Positions 10,201 through 20,608 of a stretch of 64,000 nucleotides of DNA are shown here, one piece after another; positions within the stretch are counted from its first letter, which is position 1; each line of letters begins with the position of its first letter. Under the pieces are notes generated by a model, which made no database searches, was not told the DNA's origin, and saw only the letters and a list, made by a program, of their open reading frames with translations. Origin of the DNA: a bacterium (GTDB lineage Bacteria; SZUA-182; DTGQ01); the NCBI GenBank assembly GCA_040752695.1, contig JBFMGO010000012.1, forward strand, positions 1 to 64,000, given 5' to 3'. The translations under genes were made by a program, and so were the position numbers.

Positions 10201-11607
10201 ATGGATATTGAGTCGAGCATGGATACGTTAACTCCAAGAAAGATTGTGAGTGAATTAGACAAATATATCATTGGACAGGCAATGGCCAAGCGGGCCGTGG
10301 CTACTGCGCTGCGGAACCGGTGGCGGAGGCAGCAGCTCGATCCGGATCTGCGAGATGAAATCGCTCCGAAAAATATTATCATGATCGGACCCACCGGTGT
10401 CGGGAAAACCGAGATTGCCCGCAGATTGTCGCGGCTGGCTAACGCTCCTTTTTTGAAGATCGAGGCTTCCAAATTTACCGAGGTCGGGTATGTTGGCCGG
10501 GATGTCGAATCCATGGTGCGCGATCTTACTCACCTGGCGGTAAATATGGTTAAATCCGAGGCGAGGGAAAAGGTGATGAGCAAGGCTGATGCCTTTGTCG
10601 AGGAGCGGCTGCTGGATATTCTCCTGCCTCCGTTACAGCAGCCTGAGGCCGAGGCTGAAGAGGAAGAGCAACCTGCATTCGAGACCGCAGAAGGGATTCC
10701 TGCTCTCCCTGCTGCTTCGCATCCCATGATGAGTACCAGGGAAAAGATACGGGAGAAACTTCGCGCCGGAAAATTCGAGGAAAAGGTCATTGAGCTGGAA
10801 TTTAAAGAAAAGAATATGCCAATGGTTGAGATCTTTTCCAATGTCGGCCTGGAGGAGATGGATATCAATTTCAAGGAAATGTTTTCCGGTATCTTCCCTA
10901 ACAAGGTTAAGAAAAGAAAGATGAAACTGAAAGATGCCCGTAAATTGATCCTCCAGGAGGAAACCCAGAGACTGATTGATATGGACGAGGTGATTGCAGA
11001 GGCGGTCAAGCAGGTGGAGCAATCCGGGATCATCTTTTTGGACGAAATCGATAAAATCGCAGGATCCAAGAGTACATCCGGACCGGATGTTTCCCGCGAG
11101 GGCGTGCAGCGTGATCTTTTGCCGATTGTGGAGGGCACAACGGTAACCACCAAGTATGGCCTGGTGAAAACGGATCATATCCTGTTTATTGCAGCCGGTG
11201 CCTTCCATGTCTCGAAACCCTCCGATCTCATTCCGGAACTGCAGGGCCGGTTTCCCATTCGGGTCGAGCTCTCTGCCTTGGGCAAGGAAGATTTCATCCG
11301 CATATTGACTGAGCCGGAGAATGCTTTAATCAAGCAATACGAGGCCCTTTTGCACACCGAAGGAGTCGAACTGGTATTCGAAGAATCCGCCATTCAGGAA
11401 ATAGCTTCTTTAGCCACCCAGGTCAACGAAAGGGTGGAAAACATCGGGGCCCGGCGTTTACACACCATTATAGATAAGGTATTGGATGAGGTATCCTTTA
11501 ACGCCCCCGAAATGAAGGGTGAGAAAGTCATCATAGATGCACAGTATGTAAGTGACAAGCTGGCGGATATCATCAAGGATGAAGATTTGAGCCGGTACAT
11601 CCTGTAG
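10201..11607 (+). CDS. hslU: ATP-dependent protease ATPase subunit HslU
   Basis: [26 protein letters not shown] and C-terminal DLSRYIL. Confidence 0.97.
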   Translation: MDIESSMDTLTPRKIVSELDKYIIGQAMAKRAVATALRNRWRRQQLDPDLRDEIAPKNIIMIGPTGVGKTEIARRLSRLANAPFLKIEASKFTEVGYVGRDVESMVRDLTHLAVNMVKSEAREKVMSKADAFVEERLLDILLPPLQQPEAEAEEEEQPAFETAEGIPALPAASHPMMSTREKIREKLRAGKFEEKVIELEFKEKNMPMVEIFSNVGLEEMDINFKEMFSGIFPNKVKKRKMKLKDARKLILQEETQRLIDMDEVIAEAVKQVEQSGIIFLDEIDKIAGSKSTSGPDVSREGVQRDLLPIVEGTTVTTKYGLVKTDHILFIAAGAFHVSKPSDLIPELQGRFPIRVELSALGKEDFIRILTEPENALIKQYEALLHTEGVELVFEESAIQEIASLATQVNERVENIGARRLHTIIDKVLDEVSFNAPEMKGEKVIIDAQYVSDKLADIIKDEDLSRYIL

Positions 11608-11689
11608 GGGCTGGTACACTCTAATAGGGGAAGGATCTTGCAGGGAAAGAATTCTTACCTCTTAATTCTTGCCATAGGGAAGGGCCGTA

Positions 11690-12919
11690 GTGAAAGGCCA
11701 TACTGAAAGGAAAGTTTGCGTGTCTGACAAAGAGGAAATAATCAGTTTAGCGCAAAAGTATCTCATGTCCAGCTATAACCGGCTGCCGGTCGTTTTCGAA
11801 AAGGGAAAGGGGTGCCGGCTGTGGGACACTGAAGGCAGGGAATATCTGGATTTTTTAAGTGGTCTTGGGGTCAACAGTCTGGGATATGGCTACCCTTCAG
11901 TGGTCAGGGCCATCAAGGAGCAAGCGGAGAAGCTGCTCCATACCTCTAACCTGTTTTACATCGGGCTGCAGGCTCAACTGGCGGAATTGGTCGTCCAGCA
12001 GGCTTTCAGCGGCAAGATGTTCTTCTGCAACAGCGGAGCGGAAGCGAACGAGGCGGCCATCAAGCTGGCCCGGCTGTATGCACGGAAAGTCAGGGGCATC
12101 GAGCAGGGTGAAATTATCACAGCCTTCAGATCATTCCATGGCCGTACCATGGCTACGCTCACAGCCACCGGGCAGGAGAAAATTCAAAAGGGCTTCGAGC
12201 CTCTTCTTCCCGGTTTTACCTATGTTCCCTTTAACGATGTGCAGGCGGTCAGGGATGCTGTCACGAATTCCACCATTGCCGTCCTGGTCGAGCCGATCCA
12301 GGGAGAAGGGGGCGTGCAGGTCGGTACCAACGAATATTTATCGAGCCTTCGGGAATTTTGTACCCAGAGGGGGATCTTGCTGATTCTGGACGAGGTCCAG
12401 ACCGGTCTTGGCCGGACCGGGCGGTTTTTCTGCCATCAGCATGCAGGCATAGAGCCGGATGTGGTGAGCATGGCCAAGGCCCTTGGCGGCGGCGTGCCGA
12501 TCGGAGCAGTTTTGGCCAGGGATGAGGTGGCTCAAGTCTTTGTCCCCGGCAGCCATGCGACAACCTTTGGAGGAAACCACCTCTCTTGTGCAGCAGGAGT
12601 GGCTACCGTTGAAGCCATAGTCCGGCACGGGATTTTAGAGAACTGCCAAAAGATGGGTGAGTACCTGAATGAAGGGCTTTTGGCTCTTCAGCAAAAGTAT
12701 CCTTTCATCAAAGAGGTACGAGGGAAGGGGTTACTCTGCGGTGTGGAATTGGACACAGAAGGGACCCGCATAGCCCGGGAGTGCCTGGAGGAGGGCCTCA
12801 TAATTAATTGCACCATGAGTACGGTCCTTCGGTTTTTACCTCCCCTTATTATCAGCCGGGAAGAGGTTGACAAGGGGCTTTTTATTCTGGATAAGGTGCT
12901 GTCTCGACAACAATTTTAG
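11690..12919 (+). CDS. argD: Acetylornithine aminotransferase
   Basis: NSGAEANE, SFHGRT, DEVQTGLGRTG and AKALGGG, in arg operon context. Start may be GTG 11720. Confidence 0.92.
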   Translation: MKGHTERKVCVSDKEEIISLAQKYLMSSYNRLPVVFEKGKGCRLWDTEGREYLDFLSGLGVNSLGYGYPSVVRAIKEQAEKLLHTSNLFYIGLQAQLAELVVQQAFSGKMFFCNSGAEANEAAIKLARLYARKVRGIEQGEIITAFRSFHGRTMATLTATGQEKIQKGFEPLLPGFTYVPFNDVQAVRDAVTNSTIAVLVEPIQGEGGVQVGTNEYLSSLREFCTQRGILLILDEVQTGLGRTGRFFCHQHAGIEPDVVSMAKALGGGVPIGAVLARDEVAQVFVPGSHATTFGGNHLSCAAGVATVEAIVRHGILENCQKMGEYLNEGLLALQQKYPFIKEVRGKGLLCGVELDTEGTRIARECLEEGLIINCTMSTVLRFLPPLIISREEVDKGLFILDKVLSRQQF

Positions 12920-12944
12920 CCAATACTATTCAGGAATCGACTTT

Positions 12945-13880
12945 ATGAAAAAGGATTTGCTGAGCATTAAAGATTTAGATCGTGAAGATATCGAGAGTCT
13001 CCTTTCCTTAAGCTTTGACTTGAAACAAAGGCGACAAAAAAAGCAGGATATCCACTTTTCACCTCTCAAAGGGAAAACCCTGGCCATGCTCTTTCAAAAG
13101 CCTTCCACCCGAACCCGTGTTTCGTTCGAGGTAGGCATGTTTCACCTGGGAGGCATTGCTTTGTACCTGAATGCCAATGACCTGCAACTAGGACGAGGAG
13201 AATCGATATCGGATACGGCACGTGTGCTTTCCGGCTATGTTGACGCTATCCTGGTGCGGACCTATCAGCAGGAAGAAGTCGAGGAGATGGCCCGCTTTGC
13301 CACGGTTCCGGTTATCAATGGCTTGACCAATAAATTTCATCCCTGCCAGGTGCTGAGTGATCTGTTTACGATAAAAGAGAAAACCGGGGCGCTGGAGAGC
13401 CTCAAGATAGCCTATATCGGGGATGGAAATAACGTTGCCAATTCCTGGTTGTATGCAGCGGCCAAAATGAATCTCAACTTGTGGGTTGCCTGCCCACGGG
13501 GGTATGAGCCTGATCCGGAAGTGATCAGTGAGGTCGAGTCACTCCAGGGGGCAGCCAAAAAGCGGATCGTGATCGGCTATGTTCCGGAAGAGGCGGCTTA
13601 TCAGGCCGATGTCCTTTACACGGATGTCTGGATCAGTATGGGGCAGGAAGAAGAAAAAGAAAAGCGAAAACAGGCGTTTTCCGGGTATCAGCTCAACGAG
13701 GCTCTTTTACAGAAGGCCCGGAAAGATGCCCTGGTGATGCACTGTCTGCCTGCCCATAGAGATGAAGAAATTACCAGCGGTGTGCTGGAGGGTAAAAATT
13801 CGGTTGTCTTTGATCAGGCACAGAACCGTCTCTATATGCAGCAGGCCATCCTTCTGAAGCTTTTGGGCGGCATCCCTTGA
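12945..13880 (+). CDS. argF: Ornithine carbamoyltransferase
   Basis: STRTR, HPCQ and HCLP motifs. ATG 12945 chosen over the track start because it follows argD and an AGGA RBS. Confidence 0.96.
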   Translation: MKKDLLSIKDLDREDIESLLSLSFDLKQRRQKKQDIHFSPLKGKTLAMLFQKPSTRTRVSFEVGMFHLGGIALYLNANDLQLGRGESISDTARVLSGYVDAILVRTYQQEEVEEMARFATVPVINGLTNKFHPCQVLSDLFTIKEKTGALESLKIAYIGDGNNVANSWLYAAAKMNLNLWVACPRGYEPDPEVISEVESLQGAAKKRIVIGYVPEEAAYQADVLYTDVWISMGQEEEKEKRKQAFSGYQLNEALLQKARKDALVMHCLPAHRDEEITSGVLEGKNSVVFDQAQNRLYMQQAILLKLLGGIP

Positions 13881-13929
13881 ACAAAAAGCTTAAGAAAAAT
13901 CAAACAAGCACGATGTGAAGTCCTTAGGT

Positions 13930-13989
13930 GGTCTGCTTTTGAGTGGCCTGTTTCTGAGGGATCTGTTTTTGAGGGGTCTGTTTTTGAGA
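13930..13989 (+). repeat. Four degenerate 15-bp tandem units upstream of argG
   Basis: ggtctgcttttgagt / ggcctgtttctgagg / gatctgtttttgagg / ggtctgtttttgaga. Confidence 0.85.
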
Positions 13990-14036
13990 GAGTTACCGGG
14001 TAAAAAGAGGTCTTTGAGAGGTATTTTGAGGAAACT

Positions 14037-15257
14037 ATGAAGAGTAAAATTGATAAGATCGTTCTCGCTTATTCGGGCGGGCTGGATACGTCGGTTATCA
14101 TCAGATGGTTGATCAATAAATATCAGGCTGAAGTTATCGCTTTGGTTGCGGATCTGGGACAGGAGGAAGACTTAGGCAAGGTAAAAGAAAAGGGCTTGAA
14201 GATCGGAGCTGCCAAAGTCTATGTGGAGGATTTGCGCGAGGAATTCCTGACCCGGTATTGTTTCCCTGCTCTGTGGGCAAATGCGGTCTATGAGGGAAAG
14301 TATCCTTTAGCCACCGCGCTGGGACGGCCTTTAATTGCCGAAAAATTAGTGCAGATTGCCAGACAGGAGGGGGCCGGGGCCGTGGTGCATGGCTCGACCG
14401 GCAAGGGAAACGACCAGGTGCGGTTCGATGTTTCGATCATGGCTCTTGACGGCAGCCTGCAAATCATTGCTCCTGTGCGGGAGTGGGAGTTTAAATCCCG
14501 TGAGCAGGAGATCCAGTATGCCCAGGAATTCGGCATCCCCGTACCGGTAACCAAAGAGAAGCCTTACAGCATCGACATGAATTTGTGGGGCATCAGCATC
14601 GAATGCGGGGTACTGGAAGATCCGTGGGTCGAGCCCCCCGAAGATGCCTATCTGATCACCCAATCCATGCAAAAAGCCCCGAAAGACCCATTGTACCTGG
14701 AATTGACCTTTGATCGCGGAAATCCGGTGGCCATCGACGGGCAGGCTTACGGTCCGGTGGAACTGGTGAAAAAGCTCAATAAACTGGGTGGAGAGTATGG
14801 TATTGGCAGGTACGATATGGTGGAAAACCGGCTGGTAGGCATCAAATCCCGCGAAATCTACGAGGCCCCGGCAGCCACTATCCTTTTGACCGCGCACAGG
14901 GAACTGGAGTCGATGGTCCTTGACCGCGAAACCATGCACTTCAAGGAAGGGATGGCCGCCAAGTACGCGGAAATCGTCTATTACGGCCTGTGGCACTCAG
15001 AGCTTAGAAGGGCGCTGGATGCCTTTTCCACGGTCTTGCAGGAGCGGGTCAGCGGCCAGGTGCGGATGAAGCTGCTTCCCGGTCAGTGCGTCTGTGCGGG
15101 CCGTAAATCTCCCTTCTCCCTCTACAGTGAAGACCTGGCTACTTATACCCAGAAAGATATCTTCGATCACAGGGGCGGTGAGTATTTCTGCAAACTTTGG
15201 GGTCTGCCCCTGAAACTGGGTGCCCAGGTCAAGGCCGCTGCCGGTTCATCGGAGTGA
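14037..15257 (+). CDS. argG: Argininosuccinate synthase
   Basis: LAYSGGLDTS, GKGNDQVRF and ENRLVGIKSREIYE. Confidence 0.97.
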   Translation: MKSKIDKIVLAYSGGLDTSVIIRWLINKYQAEVIALVADLGQEEDLGKVKEKGLKIGAAKVYVEDLREEFLTRYCFPALWANAVYEGKYPLATALGRPLIAEKLVQIARQEGAGAVVHGSTGKGNDQVRFDVSIMALDGSLQIIAPVREWEFKSREQEIQYAQEFGIPVPVTKEKPYSIDMNLWGISIECGVLEDPWVEPPEDAYLITQSMQKAPKDPLYLELTFDRGNPVAIDGQAYGPVELVKKLNKLGGEYGIGRYDMVENRLVGIKSREIYEAPAATILLTAHRELESMVLDRETMHFKEGMAAKYAEIVYYGLWHSELRRALDAFSTVLQERVSGQVRMKLLPGQCVCAGRKSPFSLYSEDLATYTQKDIFDHRGGEYFCKLWGLPLKLGAQVKAAAGSSE

Positions 15258-15322
15258 TGCTTTCACTGCCTTAAGGTGTTGACTTAAGGAATGAGTAAGT
15301 CCGGATGCCGAAGGAATGAGTA

Positions 15323-16404
15323 ATGATGAAGGATTTGAAATTTAAAAAGAGCCAGCCTTCGTTGATCGCGAAAGAGAGATGGGGGATCTCAAAAACTATC
15401 TGGCTGCCAGGCTGGAAAGCATCCTCTTTCTCTATGGACCCAAGTCCTCCGGCAAGACCACCCTTCTCTACCGCCTGTGCGATGAGCTGGACAGGGAAAG
15501 CCGCTACGAGGTCAAGTTCCTTAATCTGCGTAAGATCTTTCTGGAAAACTACGAGGATTTTCTGAAGGTTTTCTTTAAAGCAAGGGAAGAAGAAAGTGGT
15601 CTTACGGTTGGTACCAGACGCAAATACAGCCTGTTCGGCCTTTTTCACCTTGATGCTTTCACCGAGAAGGTGCTGAAGAAAAAGGAAGAAGACCCTTTCC
15701 TGGTGATGGAAAGGGAACTGGCCTCCCTGGTTAAGAGAGGAAAGCAGCCGGTGATTATCATTGATGAACTTCATAAGTTACGGGGAGTGTACATGGCCAA
15801 TGGTCAAAGGGAATTAATCAATGAGCTGATGAATTTCTTTGTGGCCATGACCAAGGAGAGTCATCTTTGCCAGGTGATTATCGCATCCTCCGATGCCTTC
15901 TTCATCAAGGAAGTCTACGTCGATAGCAAGCTGCGCAAGACCAGTGAGTTCATGAGCCTCAGCTACCTAAAGCGCGAGCAGGTTGACGAGTGGCTCAATA
16001 ATCTTGAAAAGTACAGCGCCATCAAAGATTACACGCTCAGCGGGGATGAGATCGAGTTCATCTGGAACACGGTGGGAGGCAGCCCCTGGGAGATTCAGTC
16101 TATCCTCGGACAGCTCTTTCAAAAACCCCTGGCTGAAATCGTAGACAAGATAAAGCGCGAGCGCTCAGCCATGATCGTGGATATAATCCGCAGGGACCGC
16201 AGCCGCAGAGAGCCCCTGCTCAGGATGTTCAGGGACCGGCCCCTGATCCGGGCCAGTGAACTCATGGATGCGCCAGCGGAAGTCCTCGGCCAATTAGTCC
16301 ACGATAATATCCTCTCCTACGATCCTGTAGATGGCACCTATGGTCTCCAGGGCCGGAGTATGGAATGGGGAGTCAGGGATTACTTCGAGCAGGTGCAGGC
16401 ATGA
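15323..16404 (+). pseudogene. Archaeal-type (ATPase_2-like) AAA ATPase with a probable N-terminal frameshift
   Basis: Walker A GPKSSGKT and Walker B VIIIDE in ORF 15379-16404. The family N-terminal motif FVDRERE lies in frame upstream of ATG 15379 but is capped by TAA 15343; ATG 15323 reaches it only by a -1 shift at tttaaaaag. Confidence 0.65.
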
Positions 16405-16453
16405 GTGTGCAGGTAATATCATATGCAAGTATAACATATGCAGGCATGAGATT

Positions 16454-16648
16454 TTAAGATTTCTGGTCAGGTGACCCCTCCGTTTCGCCGGACTGCTTAT
16501 TGTGCCCTGACCGCTTTTCCATCCATCGCTTCAATGAAATCTGGCTATCGCCGGAAGGCTTTCCTGATAATATATTCTCAACACTGATATCTTCATCAAG
16601 ATCGGGCCAATGAATACCCTTACCGATAAGACGCTATTTATTCCGCAT
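16454..16648 (-). pseudogene. DUF2442-family putative antitoxin remnant
   Basis: Manual translation RNK*RLIGKGIHWPDLDEDISVENILSGKPSGDSQISLKRWMEKR. TAG at 16634-16636 replaces the expected Trp; the N-terminal half is absent. Confidence 0.8.
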
Positions 16649-16974
16649 TCAAGGGATTAAGGTAATTTGGGACTAAGCAAACTGCACGTTAACGATATCT
16701 CTGGTCATTGCCTTGGCTCCATTTTTACCTTGTATTCGCTCGCCTATTTTACTAAAATATATTCTTGATCTTGTATCAGCATCGGCTATCGGTATCAGCT
16801 ATCAGCATCAGCCGTTTGGAAGGAAATTTGAAAGGAAGTAAAGTAAAAAGTGTGAGACAAATAGATATGAGCCAGCGACGAGCCCGATATAAGTCTGAAA
16901 GGTATGCGCTCATGTCTGGAAATTGTCATAAGGGATCGAGATCAGATCCGTCCTTGCCTTGAAGGATCTCAGCC

Positions 16975-17265
16975 ATGGGAATTGACGAACTCCTGAAAGC
17001 AAACAGAGAGGAGATCCTGCGCATCGCCGCCAGGCATGGAGCAAGAAATATTCGTGTCTTTGGCTCCGTTGCGCGGGGCGAAGCTGATGAACACAGCGAC
17101 ATCGATTTTTTAGTTGAAATGGAGCCGGGACGAAGCTTATTCGATATGGGAGGACTGCTCATGGACCTGGAGACTCTACTTCAGCGCCAAGTCGATGTCG
17201 TTACGGAGCGCGGCCTTAAAAAACGAATTCGCGACCGTGTATTGCATGAGACCGTGCCTTTATGA
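16975..17265 (+). CDS. MNT minimal nucleotidyltransferase antitoxin
   Basis: FGSVARGE...SDIDFLV (GSx10DxD) and VDVVT. Confidence 0.92.
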   Translation: MGIDELLKANREEILRIAARHGARNIRVFGSVARGEADEHSDIDFLVEMEPGRSLFDMGGLLMDLETLLQRQVDVVTERGLKKRIRDRVLHETVPL

Positions 17266-17605
17266 GAAACCTAAAGAGCGCCTGTGGGATATCCTGGAAG
17301 CCATTGCCAACATTGAGCGCTACGCAGTCCTCGGACGGGACGCTTTCGAAACCGACGAGCTTGTCCAAAACTGGTTTCTTCGGCAGTTACAGATTATCGG
17401 CGAAGCAGCGCGGGCGATGCCGCGGGATATCATAGACCTCTCGCCCCAGATCCCCTATGCAAAAATTATTGGGATGCGGAATATTCTGGTACATGGTTAT
17501 TTTGAAATTGATACCGAAGTCGTTTGGGGCGCAGTCAAGAACGATATCCCGGCACTGAAGTTACAGATTGAGGACTTGCTCAGGAAGCTGGATCAGAGAA
17601 CATGA
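17246..17605 (+). CDS. HEPN (DUF86) RNase toxin; start possibly frameshifted
   Basis: LQIIGEAA and [10 protein letters not shown] (RxxxxH). In-frame ATG at 17246; the canonical ATGA-overlap start at 17262 is out of frame. Confidence 0.85.
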   Translation: MRPCLYEKPKERLWDILEAIANIERYAVLGRDAFETDELVQNWFLRQLQIIGEAARAMPRDIIDLSPQIPYAKIIGMRNILVHGYFEIDTEVVWGAVKNDIPALKLQIEDLLRKLDQRT

Positions 17606-17632
17606 TTTGAAAGGAACATAAAAGCAAAAAAT

Positions 17633-17719
17633 ATGGGACAAACAAGCATGAGACAAACCAGTATGAGACAGACAAGCATGAGACAAACAGGTATGAGTCA
17701 ACGACGGGCCCAATCATGA
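17633..17719 (+). repeat. Five 15-bp tandem units forming a 28-codon ORF whose stop overlaps the argH start
   Basis: atgggacaaacaagc / atgagacaaaccagt / atgagacagacaagc / atgagacaaacaggt / atgagtcaacgacgg; translates MGQTSMRQTSMRQTSMRQTGMSQRRAQS*. Confidence 0.8.
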
Positions 17720-19134
17720 GCAGGGAAGAAAAGCCACAACAGAAGAAACCCTGGTCAGGCCGGTTTCAGGAGTCCACGCACAAGGCGGTGGAAGCCTTTA
17801 CCGTGTCCGTAACCTATGATCAGCGTCTTTACCGCTACGATATCGAAGGAAGCACGGCCCATTGCCGGATGCTGGAAAAGGTGGGCCTGATCACTCCCGA
17901 AGAGTCACAAAAAATCCAGAGTGGCCTTGTCGAAATCAGGGCCGAGATCGAGGAGGGGAAATTCCCTTTTCGTACGGAACTGGAAGATATTCACATGAAC
18001 ATTGAGAGCCGCCTTCTGGAAAAGATCGGGCCTGTTGGCGGAAAGCTGCATACTGCCCGCAGCCGCAACGATCAGGTGCTGCTCGACCTTCGCCTTTACC
18101 TGCGCGATGAGATCGGGCAGTTGATCGAGGCAGCCACCGGCCTGCAGCGCGTTTTATTGGCAAGGGCCAGCGAGTGGCTGGATCAGAGGATTATTCTGCC
18201 AGGCTACACCCATTTGCAGCGGGCTCAGGCTGTCCTTTTCTCCCATCATCTGCTCGCTTATTTCGAGATGATGCAGCGCGACAAAGAGCGGCTTTCGGAT
18301 TGCCGCCAAAGGGTGAATGTCTGTCCCCTGGGGGCAGGTGCTCTGGCTGGCAGCACTCTGCCTATCGATCGTCAGACCGTGGCCGATCTCCTTGACTTTC
18401 CGGCTGTTACGCGAAACAGCCTGGACACGGTAAGTGACCGGGATTTTTGCGTGGAATTTCTTGCCTGCGCCTCTCTCCTGGTTGCGCACTTCAGCCGCAT
18501 GAGTGAGGAACTGATCCTGTGGTCCAGTGCGGAGTTCTCATTTGTGGATCTGCCGGATGCCTTTTGTACGGGAAGCAGCCTGATGCCTCAGAAAAAGAAT
18601 CCTGATGTGCCGGAGTTGGTCCGGGGAAAGACCGGGCGGGTTTACGGCCACCTCATGGGTCTTTTGACTTTGCTCAAATCCCTGCCCCTGTCCTATAACC
18701 GTGACCTTCAGGAGGATAAAGAGGCCATCTTTGATACGGTTGATACCGTCAAAGCAATCTTTTCAGTGATAACACCCTTATGGGAAAATCTGACAGTCAG
18801 ACCCGAAATCATGCGACAGGCTGCCAGCGACGAAATGATGCTCTCCACTGATCTGGCCGATTATCTGGTGCGGAAAGGAGTCCCTTTCCGCGAGGCACAT
18901 CGCATCATCGGGCAGGCTGTGGCCTATTGTCTGAAGCAGCACAGGAAATATTCGGAACTCTCCCTGGCTGAGTGGCAGCGGATTTCTCCACTCTTTGCCG
19001 GGGATGTGGTTGATCTTCTGAATCCCGAAGCTTCGGTGGAGGCCAAAAGATCACTGGGCGGCACATCCGGCAGCCGTGTCCGTGATGCGCTGGAGCAGGC
19101 GGAAAAGGTGTTGGAGGATGAAAAGCTTGCGTAA
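17716..19134 (+). CDS. argH: Argininosuccinate lyase
   Basis: WSGRF, LHTARSRNDQ and TGSSLMPQKKNPD. Confidence 0.97.
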   Translation: MSREEKPQQKKPWSGRFQESTHKAVEAFTVSVTYDQRLYRYDIEGSTAHCRMLEKVGLITPEESQKIQSGLVEIRAEIEEGKFPFRTELEDIHMNIESRLLEKIGPVGGKLHTARSRNDQVLLDLRLYLRDEIGQLIEAATGLQRVLLARASEWLDQRIILPGYTHLQRAQAVLFSHHLLAYFEMMQRDKERLSDCRQRVNVCPLGAGALAGSTLPIDRQTVADLLDFPAVTRNSLDTVSDRDFCVEFLACASLLVAHFSRMSEELILWSSAEFSFVDLPDAFCTGSSLMPQKKNPDVPELVRGKTGRVYGHLMGLLTLLKSLPLSYNRDLQEDKEAIFDTVDTVKAIFSVITPLWENLTVRPEIMRQAASDEMMLSTDLADYLVRKGVPFREAHRIIGQAVAYCLKQHRKYSELSLAEWQRISPLFAGDVVDLLNPEASVEAKRSLGGTSGSRVRDALEQAEKVLEDEKLA

Positions 19135-19282
19135 GGGTAAATCGTGCACCTTCAGATCTATGGTGCTGCTCTTCTTCCTTCTCCTTCTTATTTTTTCTGC
19201 TTCCTGCGGTAAGAAAGGGCCGCTTAAGCCCCGGCACCCTGCAGCCAGTCCAAATAACGGACAACACACAACTATCGAATAA
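19118..19282 (+). CDS. Small lipoprotein of the LppL/YifL (LptM) type
   Basis: Hydrophobic leader, then FSASCGKKGPL; sits between argH and lysA as is usual for the family. GGAGG RBS before ATG 19118. Confidence 0.75.
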   Translation: MKSLRKGKSCTFRSMVLLFFLLLLIFSASCGKKGPLKPRHPAASPNNGQHTTIE

Positions 19283-19357
19283 CATACAACTATCGAAAAG
19301 CCATTCTAACATCGAACGTATTTTATACATCATAATAAAACATAAGGTGAGATAATC

Positions 19358-20608
19358 GTGAATTACTTTCAATATGTAAATAATGAATTATACGCCGAAG
19401 GAGTATCAATCAGGGAAATTGTCTCTCAGGTAGGGACCCCCCTTTATATCTATAGTCAAAAGACCCTGGAGCGGCATTTTAGGGCCTATGATTCCGCTTT
19501 TGGTGACATCGATCACCTGATCTGTTTTGCGGTCAAGGCCAATTCCAGCCTGGCGGTTTTAAACCTTCTGGCCGGACTGGGTGCCGGCGCGGACATTGTT
19601 TCCGGGGGCGAGCTCTACCGTGCCCTGAAAGCGGGTATCCAGCCCGAGGGGATTGTGTATGCCGGAGTAGGCAAGACGAGACAGGAGATGGAGGCGGCTT
19701 TGCGGGCCGGGATTTTGCTGTTTAACGTGGAATCCTGGTCGGAGCTGGAATTTTTGAACCAGGTAGCAGGGGAACTTGGCCTGGTAGCTCCTGTTGCCTG
19801 GCGGGTCAACCCTGATATCGCTGCCGATACTCACCCCTATATCTCCACGGGCCTTAAGAAGGAAAAATTTGGCCTTGACATTCATCATGCTCTGGAGGAA
19901 TATAAAAGGGCCAAAGTGTTTAAAAATGTGGAACTTGCAGGTATTCATGTACACATCGGATCGCAGATCACCCAGGTTTCTCCCTTTGTGGACAGCCTGA
20001 TAAAGGTCGCAGACCTGATCAAGAAGCTCGATGCGGAAGGGATCAAAATCCGGTTTATCGACATTGGCGGGGGGCTGGGAATTACCTATAAAGATGAGGT
20101 ACCTCCCTCACCGCAGGAGTTTTTGCAGGCTATTTCGCCGGTTATTTCAGGGCTTGGAGTCAGGATTATATCCGAGCCGGGGCGGGTAATTGTCGGTAAT
20201 GCAGGTATTCTGGTTACGCAGGTGCTGTATGTGAAGGAGAAGGACGATAAGAATTTCCTGATCGTGGATGCGGGTATGAATGATCTGATCCGGCCCAGTC
20301 TTTATAAGGCGTATCATGAGATCCTGCCAGTCAGGAAAGAGGACCGGCCAAAGGTGGTGGCTGATGTAGTGGGGCCTATCTGTGAATCCGGGGACTTTCT
20401 GGCCCGTGACCGCGAACTGTCGGAATTCCGGCCCGGAGAATTGATGGCCACCATGAGCGCGGGGGCTTACGGGTTTACCATGTCGAGTAATTATAACTCC
20501 AGGCCGCGGGTAGCGGAGGTACTGGTCAGGGGGGATCAATTCTCCCTCATCCGGGAGCGGGAAACCTACGGGGATTTAACCCGTGGTGAAAAGGTTCCTA
20601 CCTGGTGA
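19358..20608 (+). CDS. lysA: Diaminopimelate decarboxylase
   Basis: FAVKANS, HIGSQI, GPICESGD and GAYG...SSNYNSRP. Confidence 0.97.
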   Translation: MNYFQYVNNELYAEGVSIREIVSQVGTPLYIYSQKTLERHFRAYDSAFGDIDHLICFAVKANSSLAVLNLLAGLGAGADIVSGGELYRALKAGIQPEGIVYAGVGKTRQEMEAALRAGILLFNVESWSELEFLNQVAGELGLVAPVAWRVNPDIAADTHPYISTGLKKEKFGLDIHHALEEYKRAKVFKNVELAGIHVHIGSQITQVSPFVDSLIKVADLIKKLDAEGIKIRFIDIGGGLGITYKDEVPPSPQEFLQAISPVISGLGVRIISEPGRVIVGNAGILVTQVLYVKEKDDKNFLIVDAGMNDLIRPSLYKAYHEILPVRKEDRPKVVADVVGPICESGDFLARDRELSEFRPGELMATMSAGAYGFTMSSNYNSRPRVAEVLVRGDQFSLIRERETYGDLTRGEKVPTW

